This document shows positions 38,931-48,983 of a stretch of 62,331 bases of DNA, piece after piece. The position numbers and the translations under genes were made by a program. Origin of the DNA: Verrucomicrobiales bacterium (GTDB lineage Bacteria; Verrucomicrobiota; Verrucomicrobiia; Verrucomicrobiales; SLCJ01). The DNA lies in assembly GCA_046075565.1 (NCBI GenBank), contig JBJTQJ010000010.1:1-62331 (forward strand). Reading direction: 5' to 3'. The notes beneath the pieces are model-generated. The model was given only the letters and a program-made list of their open reading frames with translations. It did no database searches and was not told the DNA's origin. Position 1 is the stretch's first letter, and each line of letters starts with the position of its first letter.

Positions 38931-39535
38931 CGTCCGGGGACTTGGTTGGCGGAAAAGAACCGCTCGAGCACGGTCTGGGAAACAGAAGTGAGCGTGGAGA
39001 AAACATTCCATCCCGAGCCGGCCACGCACTCGACGGCCTGCAGTCGCCGCGATCCGCTGTTGAAGATGTTTTCGAGATCGGCCATGGCCATGGCCCCGGC
39101 TACGTCCCGTTTGTTATACTGCAGCACGAGCGGCACCTCCGCGGGATCCACTCCATTGTCGCGCAGGTTTGCCCAAGTCGTGCGCCATGCCGCCAGGTTG
39201 TCATCGAGGCGGGTGCGTTCGGAATCGATCACGAAGACAATACCATCCACGCCGCGCAGCACGATCTGTCTGGTGGCATTGAAGACCGCTTGACCGGGCA
39301 CGGTGTAAAGCTGGAACGAAACCCGGCAGCCCGCGACTTCCATCGCCTCGACGGGCATAAAGTCGAAAAAGAGCGTGCGGTCTGCCGCAGTGGCCAGCGA
39401 TATCAACTCACCCCGCCGGGATGGATCCAGACGCGAGTGGATATACGAAAGATTCGTGGTTTTGCCGGACCAACCGGCCCCGCAATAAACGATCTTGAAC
39501 CTGACTTCCCGGCTGGATGGATTGTATGCGGGCAT
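38927..39535 (-). CDS. mglA: MglA-family small GTPase
   Basis: KIVYCGAGWSGKTTN, DRTLFFDF, YTVPGQ, VLRGVDGIVFVIDS, QYNKRD. Confidence 0.95.
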   Translation of the reverse strand: MPAYNPSSREVRFKIVYCGAGWSGKTTNLSYIHSRLDPSRRGELISLATAADRTLFFDFMPVEAMEVAGCRVSFQLYTVPGQAVFNATRQIVLRGVDGIVFVIDSERTRLDDNLAAWRTTWANLRDNGVDPAEVPLVLQYNKRDVAGAMAMADLENIFNSGSRRLQAVECVAGSGWNVFSTLTSVSQTVLERFFSANQVPGR

Positions 39536-39564
39536 GGCGGGCGTGGGTCGGGGACCGGCGGGCC

Positions 39565-41562
39565 TCAGCCGCGCATGAGTTCCCGCAAGATGATGACGAG
39601 TCGTTCCCTCACGCCGTGGGCGAAGCGCCGGCCTTCGTGGAGCACGGCGAGACAAGCCTCGCCTTCGCTGAAGAATGCGAGCAATCCCCGATCGGTCTGG
39701 ATGGTCAGCGCACGGGCGTTGGAGATGCCGAGTTCACGGGCCATACGCGCGAGATGCGTGTAGGCAGCGGGCATGGTTTCAAGGCTCACGCCATCAGGCG
39801 CGTTGCCATACACGAGTTTGTCTCCAGCGAAATAACCCGCGGCTTTTACCCCTTGCAAACCGGTGGCAAGGCCGAAGACTCCTTCGGGTGGAAGAACGCC
39901 GGAGAGACCGAAGATCGTCCGTAGTTCGATTTGGCGGAAATCGATGGCGAAGTCGTCGTCACTCACCGCAGAGGCTGCCACGGGCTGGACCACGGGAGCG
40001 GGTGGAACGAAGGGTTTCGCTTCGACCGGGGCGGCGGCAACAGGCAACACCGGAGCGACCAGCTCGGGCACCGGAGCCAATGGAAGCGGTTCGGGTTCGG
40101 GCTCGGGTTGGGCCGGATTGACCATGGCGACAAATGGACTTGCCGGAGTTTCCAGCGGGGGAGCGGCGGGCTCGAAGTCTGTCGAGGTGATAGGTGCCAA
40201 AGGAGCCAGGGGCTCGGGCGAAGATTCTTTGACGATTGGTGCGGCGGGAATCTGGACGGGCGGAGCGATGTAGGCATCCTCGCGGGCGAGCACGGCGAAT
40301 GGCGTTTCGAAAACAGGGGCGGCGGGCGACGCGGGCGGGGCCGAAACCTCAATGGGGCCGGTCATCAGTTCGGTCGGCTCCGGCACGGACTCGTCCGGAA
40401 TCGGAGATAGAGCGGCTTCGGCTCCCAGATAAGGAATGACCAACTCGTGGTCGAGTTTGGCAGCGCCAAAAACCGAACGATAGGCCACGGGAAGAGATGA
40501 GACCACATCACGCAGGGCGACCATACCGGTCCCGGGGAATGCCCCCGCGCGAACCTTCGAAGCGGGCACTTTGCATTCGATGCCGCCGGGAAGTTGTTCG
40601 GCGGAGAAACCCAGGACATCGGCAGAAACCACCTTGAGCGAATCGGCGAGATCAAATTTGATTTCACCTCCACCTCCCGCCGGGGCCATTGGAGTGACGC
40701 GTTCGGTAGCGGGAACTTCCACCGGGTCGGCGGCCACGGGACGGAAGGGTGAAAAAACGGGAGGGACTTCGACCGGCTTCTCCACCGGACGCTGCGGCTC
40801 GGGCAAAAACCGACCCACCGGTTGACCGACTGCCGGGGCGGCAGGCCCGACGGGTTCAACAGGAGCCTCGGGCGCGGGCGCAGCGACCTCGAAGGGAGAA
40901 GCGAAGGCCGCAGTGGCCTCCGGTTCCGTAGAGGGCGTCAGCGTCTGGAAAGGCGATACGGCAGGCGCGGGAGTCGCCACTTGGAAGGGTGAAACCGGTG
41001 CATCGGCAGCGGGAGTAACCGCTTGGAAGGGAGAGGCCACAGACGGGGAAGCCGCTTGGAAGGGAGATGCGGCTTGAAATGGAGAGGCAGCCGCGGGAAC
41101 AGCCGCTTGGAATGGTGACGCTGCTTGGAATGGCGAAGCAACCGCTGCCGGGGTGGCAGGCGCCACCATGGCTTTCGGGGCGAAGGTCGCCGAAGGAGCG
41201 CCATCCTCCCCCAACAACGAACGGACCCGGGAAACTGGAAGACGCACTTCGAAGTCATCTTCGGGCGTCACGGCACGCGGGAAAATTTCAGGGCAGGCTT
41301 GGAAAATTTCCGAAAGCATAACGGCGGGCCGGCCTTCGGCAATCGTGCGTTTGGCCGTAGCCAAATTGAGCGAGACCGTGCGGTTCACATCGACTCCTTG
41401 CAACCGCACGAACTCCGGAGGCAGGAGGTTGGCCAGCTCCGAGACGGAACACGGCCGCGCCGTGGACGTCGGCAGGGAAGGAATCTGATCCTCGCGACTG
41501 GGAACTGGAGCGGGGACCGAAGGCTCGGGATTTCCGAAGAGTTTATTGAAGAATCCGGACAT
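39565..41562 (-). CDS. Large Pro/Ala-rich scaffold: amphipathic N-terminus, SPF repeats, C-terminal roadblock-like domain
   Basis: 665-aa ORF; MSGFFNKLFG; seven SPFQ motifs; C-terminal alpha-beta-beta-alpha-beta-beta-beta-alpha pattern. Confidence 0.75.
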   Translation of the reverse strand: MSGFFNKLFGNPEPSVPAPVPSREDQIPSLPTSTARPCSVSELANLLPPEFVRLQGVDVNRTVSLNLATAKRTIAEGRPAVMLSEIFQACPEIFPRAVTPEDDFEVRLPVSRVRSLLGEDGAPSATFAPKAMVAPATPAAVASPFQAASPFQAAVPAAASPFQAASPFQAASPSVASPFQAVTPAADAPVSPFQVATPAPAVSPFQTLTPSTEPEATAAFASPFEVAAPAPEAPVEPVGPAAPAVGQPVGRFLPEPQRPVEKPVEVPPVFSPFRPVAADPVEVPATERVTPMAPAGGGGEIKFDLADSLKVVSADVLGFSAEQLPGGIECKVPASKVRAGAFPGTGMVALRDVVSSLPVAYRSVFGAAKLDHELVIPYLGAEAALSPIPDESVPEPTELMTGPIEVSAPPASPAAPVFETPFAVLAREDAYIAPPVQIPAAPIVKESSPEPLAPLAPITSTDFEPAAPPLETPASPFVAMVNPAQPEPEPEPLPLAPVPELVAPVLPVAAAPVEAKPFVPPAPVVQPVAASAVSDDDFAIDFRQIELRTIFGLSGVLPPEGVFGLATGLQGVKAAGYFAGDKLVYGNAPDGVSLETMPAAYTHLARMARELGISNARALTIQTDRGLLAFFSEGEACLAVLHEGRRFAHGVRERLVIILRELMRG
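40945..41137 (-). repeat. Coding tandem repeat encoding seven SPFQ motifs
   Basis: Plus-strand (T/C)TGRAANGGNGA units near 40945, 40981, 41023, 41056, 41074, 41107 and 41125. Confidence 0.85.
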
Positions 41563-41684
41563 GGTCGTGGCTGATGGAGCGGATTTTTGATTCGATGGAA
41601 CGGCGAATCTTGGGCAGATTAGAAAACTGAAGCCCCGCTGTCAACCATTCCCGATGATTAGGGTAGCAAAACTTTCAAAAATTT

Positions 41685-41759
41685 TGGTGCACGGGGAGGG
41701 GTTCGAACCCCCGACCAACTCGGTGTAAACGAGTCGCTCTACCGCTGAGCTACCCATGC
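41685..41759 (-). tRNA. tRNA-Val (anticodon TAC)
   Basis: Full cloverleaf: GCATGGG/CCCGTGC acceptor, GCTC/GAGC D-arm, ACTCG-TTTACAC-CGAGT anticodon arm, TTCGAAC T-loop, encoded CCA. Confidence 0.97.
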
Positions 41760-41769
41760 GAAGAGGGGA

Positions 41770-41798
41770 AGTGTACACGCGGACGGTGGTTTCCGCAA
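41770..41798 (-). promoter_or_regulatory. Putative sigma70 promoter for tRNA-Val
   Basis: TTGCGG-N17-TACACT on the minus strand, 10 nt before the tRNA. Confidence 0.5.
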
Positions 41799-41869
41799 GA
41801 GGTTGCGGCCAACCCCCGGGAAAATTTTTCGACTTTCGCGCTCCGCGATTCGGAGGCATGATGTGGTTG

Positions 41870-42967
41870 ATGTCCAGTCAATACGGCACCCTTTTCCGCA
41901 TCAGCACCTTCGGCGAATCCCACGGCCCCGCCGTCGGGGTGGTCGTGGATGGATGTCCTCCCGGGCTTCCGATCGCCGCCGCAGAGATCCAGAAAGAACT
42001 CGACCGCCGTCGTCCCGGCCAGAGCGAGATCACCACTCCGCGGAAAGAAGCGGATGCCTGCGAGATTCTTTCCGGCGTCTTCGACGGCTTCACCACCGGC
42101 ACTCCGATCGCCCTGCTCGTGCGTAACAACGACCAGAGGTCGTCCGCCTACGACGAGATGCGCGACAAATACCGCCCGTCGCACGCCGACTATACCTACG
42201 ACGCGAAATACGGCCTGCGCGCTTGGCCCGGTGGTGGTCGCTCCAGCGCACGGGAATCCATCGGACGCGTGGCCGCGGCTGCCATCGCGCGCAAGGTCCT
42301 GCTGGCCCGGCATCCTGCTTTGGAAATCCTCGCTTATGTAAAATCGATTCACGATCTGGAAGCGGAAATCCGCCCGGAAGATCTGAACTCCACGAACATC
42401 GAATCGAATATCGTGCGCACTCCCGACGCCAACATGGCGGAGAAAATGATCGAGAAGATCAAAGCGGCGAGAGCGGCAGGCGACTCCCTCGGCGGAGTGG
42501 TGGAATGTGTCGTGCGTGGACTGCCCGCTGGCTGGGGAGAACCGGTTTTCGACAAACTCGATGCCGATCTCGCCAAGGCGATGATGTCACTGCCGGCGAC
42601 CAAAGGATTTGAAATCGGAAGTGGTTTCGCTGGGACATTGTTAAAAGGGAGCGAACACAACGACCCATTCCGCGTCGAGCAGGGCAAAATCGTGACCACG
42701 ACCAACCACTCCGGCGGGGTCCAGGGCGGGATTTCCAATGGCATGCCCGTCGTCTTCCGGGTGGCCTTCAAGCCGGTCGCCACCATCATGACCGCACAAC
42801 AAACCGTCTCCTCCTCCGGGGAAGAAACCGAACTCACCGGACGGGGCCGCCACGACCCCTGCGTGTTGCCGCGGGCCGTGCCCCTGGTCGAAGCCATGGC
42901 CGCCCTCGTGCTCTGCGACCACGCCCTCCGCCACCACGCCCAATGCGATTGGCCGCCGTCCCGCTGA
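41870..42967 (+). CDS. aroC: Chorismate synthase
   Basis: TFGESHG, RRRPGQS, RPSHAD, RSSARE, GGISNG, GRHDPCV. Confidence 0.97.
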   Translation: MSSQYGTLFRISTFGESHGPAVGVVVDGCPPGLPIAAAEIQKELDRRRPGQSEITTPRKEADACEILSGVFDGFTTGTPIALLVRNNDQRSSAYDEMRDKYRPSHADYTYDAKYGLRAWPGGGRSSARESIGRVAAAAIARKVLLARHPALEILAYVKSIHDLEAEIRPEDLNSTNIESNIVRTPDANMAEKMIEKIKAARAAGDSLGGVVECVVRGLPAGWGEPVFDKLDADLAKAMMSLPATKGFEIGSGFAGTLLKGSEHNDPFRVEQGKIVTTTNHSGGVQGGISNGMPVVFRVAFKPVATIMTAQQTVSSSGEETELTGRGRHDPCVLPRAVPLVEAMAALVLCDHALRHHAQCDWPPSR

Positions 42968-43045
42968 ATTTCCTTGGCTTTTTTTCACATCTGTTGAATA
43001 ATTGCCATAGACCATGTCGTCTATTCACACGTAACTACAATCGCC

Positions 43046-43456
43046 ATGAAAATCCGCGCCTTCTCCATCACCGCTGCCGCCATCACCTCCCTCACCCTCG
43101 TGGGATGTGAAGGCATGAACAACCAAACCTCCGGCACCCTCGGTGGCGCCGCCACCGGCGCACTCGTCGGAGGAATCGCCGGCAACAACATCGACGGCAT
43201 CAGCAAAACCGAAGGTGCCATCGCCGGCGCCCTCGTGGGCGGCCTGCTCGGCAACACCATGGGCCGCCAGCAAGATCAAATCAACGCCATCGACGCCCGC
43301 ACCAACTACATGACCGTCTCCGTTCGCAATAGCAACGGCAGCGTCACCCCGGTGCAACTGAGCCGCGTGCAAGGCGATATCTGGCGCGGACCGCGCGGAG
43401 AACAGTACAATGGCGTGCCTTCCGAAGGACAACTTCGCCAACTCTATGGTTTCTGA
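43046..43456 (+). CDS. Glycine-zipper lipoprotein
   Basis: Lipobox LVGC; GTLGGAATGALVGG...GAIAGALVGGLLG. Confidence 0.85.
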   Translation: MKIRAFSITAAAITSLTLVGCEGMNNQTSGTLGGAATGALVGGIAGNNIDGISKTEGAIAGALVGGLLGNTMGRQQDQINAIDARTNYMTVSVRNSNGSVTPVQLSRVQGDIWRGPRGEQYNGVPSEGQLRQLYGF

Positions 43457-43541
43457 TCCGCGTCCATCCCCCGCTCTATTATCGGGGATATTAGGAGCGG
43501 TATTCGCTATCTAACAGGAGAGCAATCAGTATAAAGAGAAC

Positions 43542-43572
43542 CACCCGCCCGGAAATTCCGAGGCGGGTGTTT
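43542..43572. terminator. Probable bidirectional terminator
   Basis: CACCCGCC/GGCGGGTG stem between convergent genes. Confidence 0.6.
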
Positions 43573-43632
43573 CGTTATATATGAGGAATTGTTTCCCTCG
43601 CTTCGCGGAGGTGTTCCGCTGCCGTTTCCACC

Positions 43633-45003
43633 TCAATCGAGAGCCAGCTCGAGCAATTTCACGGCCTCGCTCGGCGAGGCCGGGGAAGCGAGCACGTTGG
43701 AGACGCCCGGCACATCCAACCAGCGGCGTCCCTCGCCTTCCGACATGGACAAGACGATGATCGGCATGGTGAGACCGAGGAAAATCGCATTCTCGTTGGG
43801 CACCACACCCGGGCCATCGACCAGGATGGCCGCGTCGAAGGGACGCTTCGCCGGAGCGCGGGAACCATAATGGGCGGCACGGGACACCGTGCTGACCGGC
43901 ACCGGCAACATGCCCTTGCGCCAGACCATCTGACAAAGGATCGGCGACTCGATGGCATCGGAAGCGACCACGAGCACACGGCGAAGGCGCGGAGTGGCTC
44001 GGCGCTCGCGCAGGACCGCGTCTTCCTTCACCGGAAACACGCATCTCCAGTCTCCCGACGGTGCCAATTCAAATCTTCCACCGGCGGCACTCATGCGCGC
44101 GGCCAGCGAAAGAAGGGCCTCGGCCAATTCCGGCACCCTATCCGGACCAGGCAGCCCGCGGCATTCCAATTCCAGTTGACGCCATGGTGCCACGGCGCGT
44201 TCGCGCGCAGAAATCACCACGGGATGCGAGGTGTTATCCGAGACCGCCACACGGCAAGCGAGAACAAGACCCTCGAGGGCCTTCTCCATCGGCCAACGAG
44301 CCATGGCGACATCTGGCATCACGTCGGGCAACTCGTCCACCCATGTCAGGCTGCCGTCCACGGCGGCCAAATCGAAAGCCGCTTCGATTGAAGACCAAAC
44401 GGAAGACGCACCGGGCGCCACGGGGGCAGGTCCCATACCGGTGGCGAGATTTTTCTGCAAATCCCCCATCCGGCGCACCGATTCGCGGGCTTCGTTCAGA
44501 TAATCACTGCCTGCGATCGCGCTCGGCTGCGCATCCACGAAGCGACGCAGGTTGTCCTCGATGTCGCTCAGGGCCTGACGCCCCGCCTGCAAATACCAGC
44601 GCCCGAGTGGCTCGCCGGTGGCTTCCGCCATCGGTGCGGCCGCCTCGGCCGAAAGTGGGTTCCTGGCCGCCGCTCCACTGGATTCCAGAGCACGTTCGAG
44701 AGCATTGGCATCCCATGGGTCACCCAGATTCTCGCCACCTTCGACAATACTGCGCGCTTGCACGCCCGGGGGCAAATCACGGCTGCCATCGGTCACCACC
44801 ACCTCGGCGCTCTCTCCCGCCACCGCATACTGATCCAAGGCCGACCAGCCAACCGCCCGCCAGAGGTAACCACGACCCTCAAGCATCGAGCCAACCCATG
44901 TCCTCCAGAGCGGACTTTCCGAAACCACCCACGCTTCAGCCAGAGGGCGCAGGGTTTCGGGTGCTGGGGAGAGAACGGGGTTTAGATTTGTTGAGGTATC
45001 CAT
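43633..45003 (-). CDS. Degenerate hybrid sensor-kinase-like protein (REC-HisKA-HATPase-REC architecture)
   Basis: Receiver-like N- and C-termini (VVVTD; RRVLVV..FDAAIL..PIIVLS..VLASP); HATPase-like MEKALEGLVLACRVA..VVISAR..AAGGRFEL..VFP. Confidence 0.6.
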   Translation of the reverse strand: MDTSTNLNPVLSPAPETLRPLAEAWVVSESPLWRTWVGSMLEGRGYLWRAVGWSALDQYAVAGESAEVVVTDGSRDLPPGVQARSIVEGGENLGDPWDANALERALESSGAAARNPLSAEAAAPMAEATGEPLGRWYLQAGRQALSDIEDNLRRFVDAQPSAIAGSDYLNEARESVRRMGDLQKNLATGMGPAPVAPGASSVWSSIEAAFDLAAVDGSLTWVDELPDVMPDVAMARWPMEKALEGLVLACRVAVSDNTSHPVVISARERAVAPWRQLELECRGLPGPDRVPELAEALLSLAARMSAAGGRFELAPSGDWRCVFPVKEDAVLRERRATPRLRRVLVVASDAIESPILCQMVWRKGMLPVPVSTVSRAAHYGSRAPAKRPFDAAILVDGPGVVPNENAIFLGLTMPIIVLSMSEGEGRRWLDVPGVSNVLASPASPSEAVKLLELALD

Positions 45004-45212
45004 AATTGCTAGGTTGCCTGACCGGGAAAATCTAAAAATTATACTGATATAAATCCAGATATTTCTAATTTTCATGGAAATTCGGCTACTTGGATAGCAA
45101 AGATTCCTTCAATTTTGCGAATCTGCCCAATGCTTTTGCGAGAATCGAGCAAGGTTTAGTTAAGAGTTCTAAAACAACTTGCCTGAGGGACAGACGTATG
45201 GCATTCGCCACC

Positions 45213-48200
45213 ATGGAAAAAATCTGGAAAATCCGCACGGATACCGGCGGCACCTTCACCGATGCTCTCGCCTTCGATCCGCAAGGCACGCGCCACCGGC
45301 TGAAGATCCTGTCATCCGGTGCCCTGCGCGCGACTTTGGCGGAGACTGCGGACTCGTCACACCGGGTGAAGACCGTCGGCCTCCCGGACCTGCCAACCAA
45401 TTTTTTCCGCGGGTTCCGATTGCGACTTTTGCCAGACGGGCAGGAAATCGAGATCACGGGCTCGGAGAATGGTGCGGGTTTCCTCACGCTGGCCGAAACA
45501 CTTTCCGCTCCACCTAGTTCGGCCTTCGAGGTTTCCTGCGGCGAAGAAGCACCAGTGCTCGCGGCCCGCATCTTGACCCGCACCCCTCTTGGCACCGCCT
45601 TTCCCCCGCTCGACTTCCGGCTCGCCACCACCCGTGCGACCAATGCGTTGCTCGAACGGAAGATTGCGCCGGTCGTACTTTTCACGAACCGCGGCTTTGA
45701 GGACCTTCCGCAGATCGGGGACCAGCGGCGCCCTGACCTTTTTGCCATCGCCCCCGAACTCCCCCCACCCCTCATCAAGGGCAGTTTCGGCTTGCCCGGA
45801 CGACTCGACGCGGACGGGAAGGAATTGGAACCACTCGACGAAGCGGAGGTCGAGGCCATCGCCCGCGACGCATTGCAGAGATTCCCTTGCGCGACAGCCG
45901 CCGTCGCCCTCATGCACTCCCATCGCAACGGACCACATGAGCAGATGGTGGCAGCCGTCCTCCGCAAAGTCGGTTTCACCCACATCGCCATTTCTTCCGC
46001 GCTCGCCCCCTCCATCAAACTCCTCCACCGCGCCCAAACCGCCATCGTGGAAGCTGCATTGGCCCCCATCATCGGACGTTTCCTTGAAAACATCGGGCAC
46101 CCCACCGGTCAATCGCAGCTCTGGATGATGAATTCCGCCGGCAGTGTCTTGCCTTCCAAGGGGTTCGCTGCCAAAGACGCCCTGCTCTCCGGTCCGGCTG
46201 CGGGAGTCGTCGGTGCCACGACCATCGCGCGGAGCCTTGGATGGGAGAAAGTCCTAACATTCGACATGGGTGGCACCTCGACCGACGTGGCCCGCATCGA
46301 GGGCGCTTATCCTTACCAATTCGAGCACCAGGTCGGAGATGCCCGTCTTGTTTTCCCGTCCATTCGCATCGAAACCGTGGCCGCCGGAGGCGGTTCGATT
46401 TGCCGCTGGGCCGATGGTCGGTTGCATGTCGGCCCGGAAAGCGCGGGGGCGAATCCCGGTCCGGCTTGTTATGGAAAAGGTGGTCCACTGACCGTGACTG
46501 ACTTGAACTTGCTGCTCGGTTATTTCCGTCCGGAGGATGCACCGGTTCCGATCTCCAGCGAACCCGCCCTTTCCCGGTTGGAGGAGTTGGCTTCAACCGT
46601 CGCCGCCGCCACGGGAGAAACGATCCGTCCGCTCGATCTGGCCGCCGACCTGCGCCATCTCGCCATTGAGATCATGGCCGACGCCATTCGGACCGTCTCG
46701 CTGCGTGAAGGCGCAGACCCGGCGGATTATTCCCTCGTTGCCTTCGGAGGTGCAGGCCCACAACACGCTTGCGAGGTCGCTGCCGCACTCGGCATCCGAC
46801 GGGTTGCCATCCCGGCCGACGCCGGACTGCTCTCGGCCAACGGACTCCACCATGCGCCCATCGAACGTATCGCGGAGTCATTGGAGATCCGTTTGTTAGA
46901 TAACATGGAAAGATCCATCTCGGAAAAGTTCGAATCGTTACGCGAGCGTGCGGTTTCCGAAGTGCGCGGACATGCCGGGGCCGATGTTGAGATCTCCATC
47001 CGACGACAATTCCTGACCTTGCGGTTGCGAGGACAAGACAGCACGCTGCCAATTGAATGGGTTGATGGAACATCGATCAAAGAAAATTTTTCCTCGGAAT
47101 ACAATAAGCAATTTCATCGTCTGCCGCCGATGCGTCCCATCGAAGTGGTTAGCCTGCGGGTCGTCGCTTCGACCGTCGTCCCGGCACCAATGATCGAAAC
47201 TCTTGCGGATGCATCGGAGTCAGGTCCGGCTCTTCTTCAAGATGGATTTTCCACCTGCCTGATTCCGGTCGGCTGGACCTATCGGAAAGGAACCAACGGC
47301 ACCTTGATGTTAGAGAGAATCGATCAGACCGATGAAGGGACTTCTACGAGCATGACCGTGCAGACGGAACTGTTCCGGGCCCGCTTCGATTCCTTGGTCG
47401 CCGATATGGGGGCATTGCTTGTGCACACCGCCCTTTCGACCAACATCCGGGAAAGACTCGACTTCTCCTGCGCCCTTCTCGACCCGGAAGGCCGCCTCGT
47501 CGTCAATGCTCCCCACATACCTGTTCACCTCGGCGCGCTCGGCGTGTGCGTGAGATCGGTGGTCAATACACTCGACCTGCGTCCCGGCGATGTCGTGATC
47601 ACGAATCATCCCGCTTTTGGCGGAAGCCACCTGCCGGATGTCACCCTTCTCGCACCGGTTCACGCCGAAGATGGGCAACTGCTCGGCTATGTGGCCAACC
47701 GTGCCCATCATGCGGAAATCGGTGGACTCACCCCCGGCTCGATGCCGCCCGATGCCACCCGTCTTGCCGAGGAAGGTGTGGTGATCCCGCCAACCATTCT
47801 CGCTCGCGAGGGTTCTCCTCCCGATTGGTCGCTGGCAGAGCAAATCTTTCGGAGCGGTCCATGGCCGAGCCGAAACCCGGCCGAAAACCTCGCCGACCTC
47901 CAAGGCCAATGGACCGCCCTGGTCCACGCGAGGAAAACATTGTTGTCTCTCGCTAGACATCACGGACCCACTTCTCTGCTTTCAGCCATGGAGAACATCG
48001 CCAGCCAAGCCCGCGACGCGCTGGTCGCCGCCTTCGCCAAACTCGAATGGACCCAACCTCGGGAGGCAGAGGAATGCTTCGACAATGGCGGCAAAATCCA
48101 TGTGCGACTCCGCCGCCTCGAAGACGGCCGCATCGAAATCGACTGCTCGGGAAGCGCGGACCAACACCCGGGAAACTTCAATGCCACCCCGGCCATCGCG

Positions 48201-48914
48201 ACTTCTTCCGTTCTTTACGTAACAAGACTTTTGGCCGGCGGAAAGCTGCCGCTCAATGATGGGCTACTAAAACCAATTCACCTTATCCTAAGGGATGGAA
48301 GCATACTTTCTCCGCACTTCACGGAGTCAGCAGAAAGCTGCCCGGCGGTGGTGGCGGGCAACGTGGAAACCTCCCAACATCTGGTCAATGCCCTGCTCAA
48401 AGCCCTCGGACTCGCCGCTTGTTCCCAAGGGACGATGAACAATGTCCTCTTCGGAAACGAGTCGTTCGCCCACTATGAAACACTCGGTGGCGGGCATGGG
48501 GCGACCCCGGACCGCGACGGAATTTCCGGGCGTCATTCGCACATGACGAACACCGCCATCACGGACCCGGAAATTCTCGAACACCGGTTTCCGGTGCGGC
48601 TGAGGCAGTTCGCACTTCGATCGGGCAGCGGCGGCCAAGGCGAGCGGCGCGGAGGCGACGGCCTGATTCGAGAATACGAATTCCTGGCTCCGGTGCGGGT
48701 TTCCCTTCTCGGGTCGAAACGAAAGGCCGGTCCGGAAGGAGCCAATGGCGGTTCGGCAGGCCAGCCGGGGTTTCAGGAGGTGATGGGCGCCGACGGGGCG
48801 TGGCGGGAGGTCCCCGGGGTCGTTTCTTTGGACCTCAAACCCGGTGAGCGGCTTCGCGTTTCCACTCCCGGAGGCGGGGCTTGGGGAACTCTGGTTCTGC
48901 CGAATCGTGCTTGA
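45213..48914 (+). CDS. Fused hydantoinase A/B, ATP-dependent 5-oxoprolinase
   Basis: DTGGTFTD, LSGPAAG, DMGGTSTD, GPESAGA.PGP, NIRERLDFSC, PHIPVHLG, GSHLPD, RAHHAE, HMTNT. Confidence 0.93.
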   Translation: MEKIWKIRTDTGGTFTDALAFDPQGTRHRLKILSSGALRATLAETADSSHRVKTVGLPDLPTNFFRGFRLRLLPDGQEIEITGSENGAGFLTLAETLSAPPSSAFEVSCGEEAPVLAARILTRTPLGTAFPPLDFRLATTRATNALLERKIAPVVLFTNRGFEDLPQIGDQRRPDLFAIAPELPPPLIKGSFGLPGRLDADGKELEPLDEAEVEAIARDALQRFPCATAAVALMHSHRNGPHEQMVAAVLRKVGFTHIAISSALAPSIKLLHRAQTAIVEAALAPIIGRFLENIGHPTGQSQLWMMNSAGSVLPSKGFAAKDALLSGPAAGVVGATTIARSLGWEKVLTFDMGGTSTDVARIEGAYPYQFEHQVGDARLVFPSIRIETVAAGGGSICRWADGRLHVGPESAGANPGPACYGKGGPLTVTDLNLLLGYFRPEDAPVPISSEPALSRLEELASTVAAATGETIRPLDLAADLRHLAIEIMADAIRTVSLREGADPADYSLVAFGGAGPQHACEVAAALGIRRVAIPADAGLLSANGLHHAPIERIAESLEIRLLDNMERSISEKFESLRERAVSEVRGHAGADVEISIRRQFLTLRLRGQDSTLPIEWVDGTSIKENFSSEYNKQFHRLPPMRPIEVVSLRVVASTVVPAPMIETLADASESGPALLQDGFSTCLIPVGWTYRKGTNGTLMLERIDQTDEGTSTSMTVQTELFRARFDSLVADMGALLVHTALSTNIRERLDFSCALLDPEGRLVVNAPHIPVHLGALGVCVRSVVNTLDLRPGDVVITNHPAFGGSHLPDVTLLAPVHAEDGQLLGYVANRAHHAEIGGLTPGSMPPDATRLAEEGVVIPPTILAREGSPPDWSLAEQIFRSGPWPSRNPAENLADLQGQWTALVHARKTLLSLARHHGPTSLLSAMENIASQARDALVAAFAKLEWTQPREAEECFDNGGKIHVRLRRLEDGRIEIDCSGSADQHPGNFNATPAIATSSVLYVTRLLAGGKLPLNDGLLKPIHLILRDGSILSPHFTESAESCPAVVAGNVETSQHLVNALLKALGLAACSQGTMNNVLFGNESFAHYETLGGGHGATPDRDGISGRHSHMTNTAITDPEILEHRFPVRLRQFALRSGSGGQGERRGGDGLIREYEFLAPVRVSLLGSKRKAGPEGANGGSAGQPGFQEVMGADGAWREVPGVVSLDLKPGERLRVSTPGGGAWGTLVLPNRA

Positions 48915-48983
48915 AGACGAAGCCTTCCATGGTTAGAGAATTGCCCGAGCTTCACCCGTCTGCCTCGACTGCTTTCCAGCTTT

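Noticed and set aside
41685-41759. tRNA-Val as the integration site of an island carrying the mgl cluster
   Set aside because: No integrase, no duplicated tRNA 3' end seen by eye, and downstream genes look compositionally native
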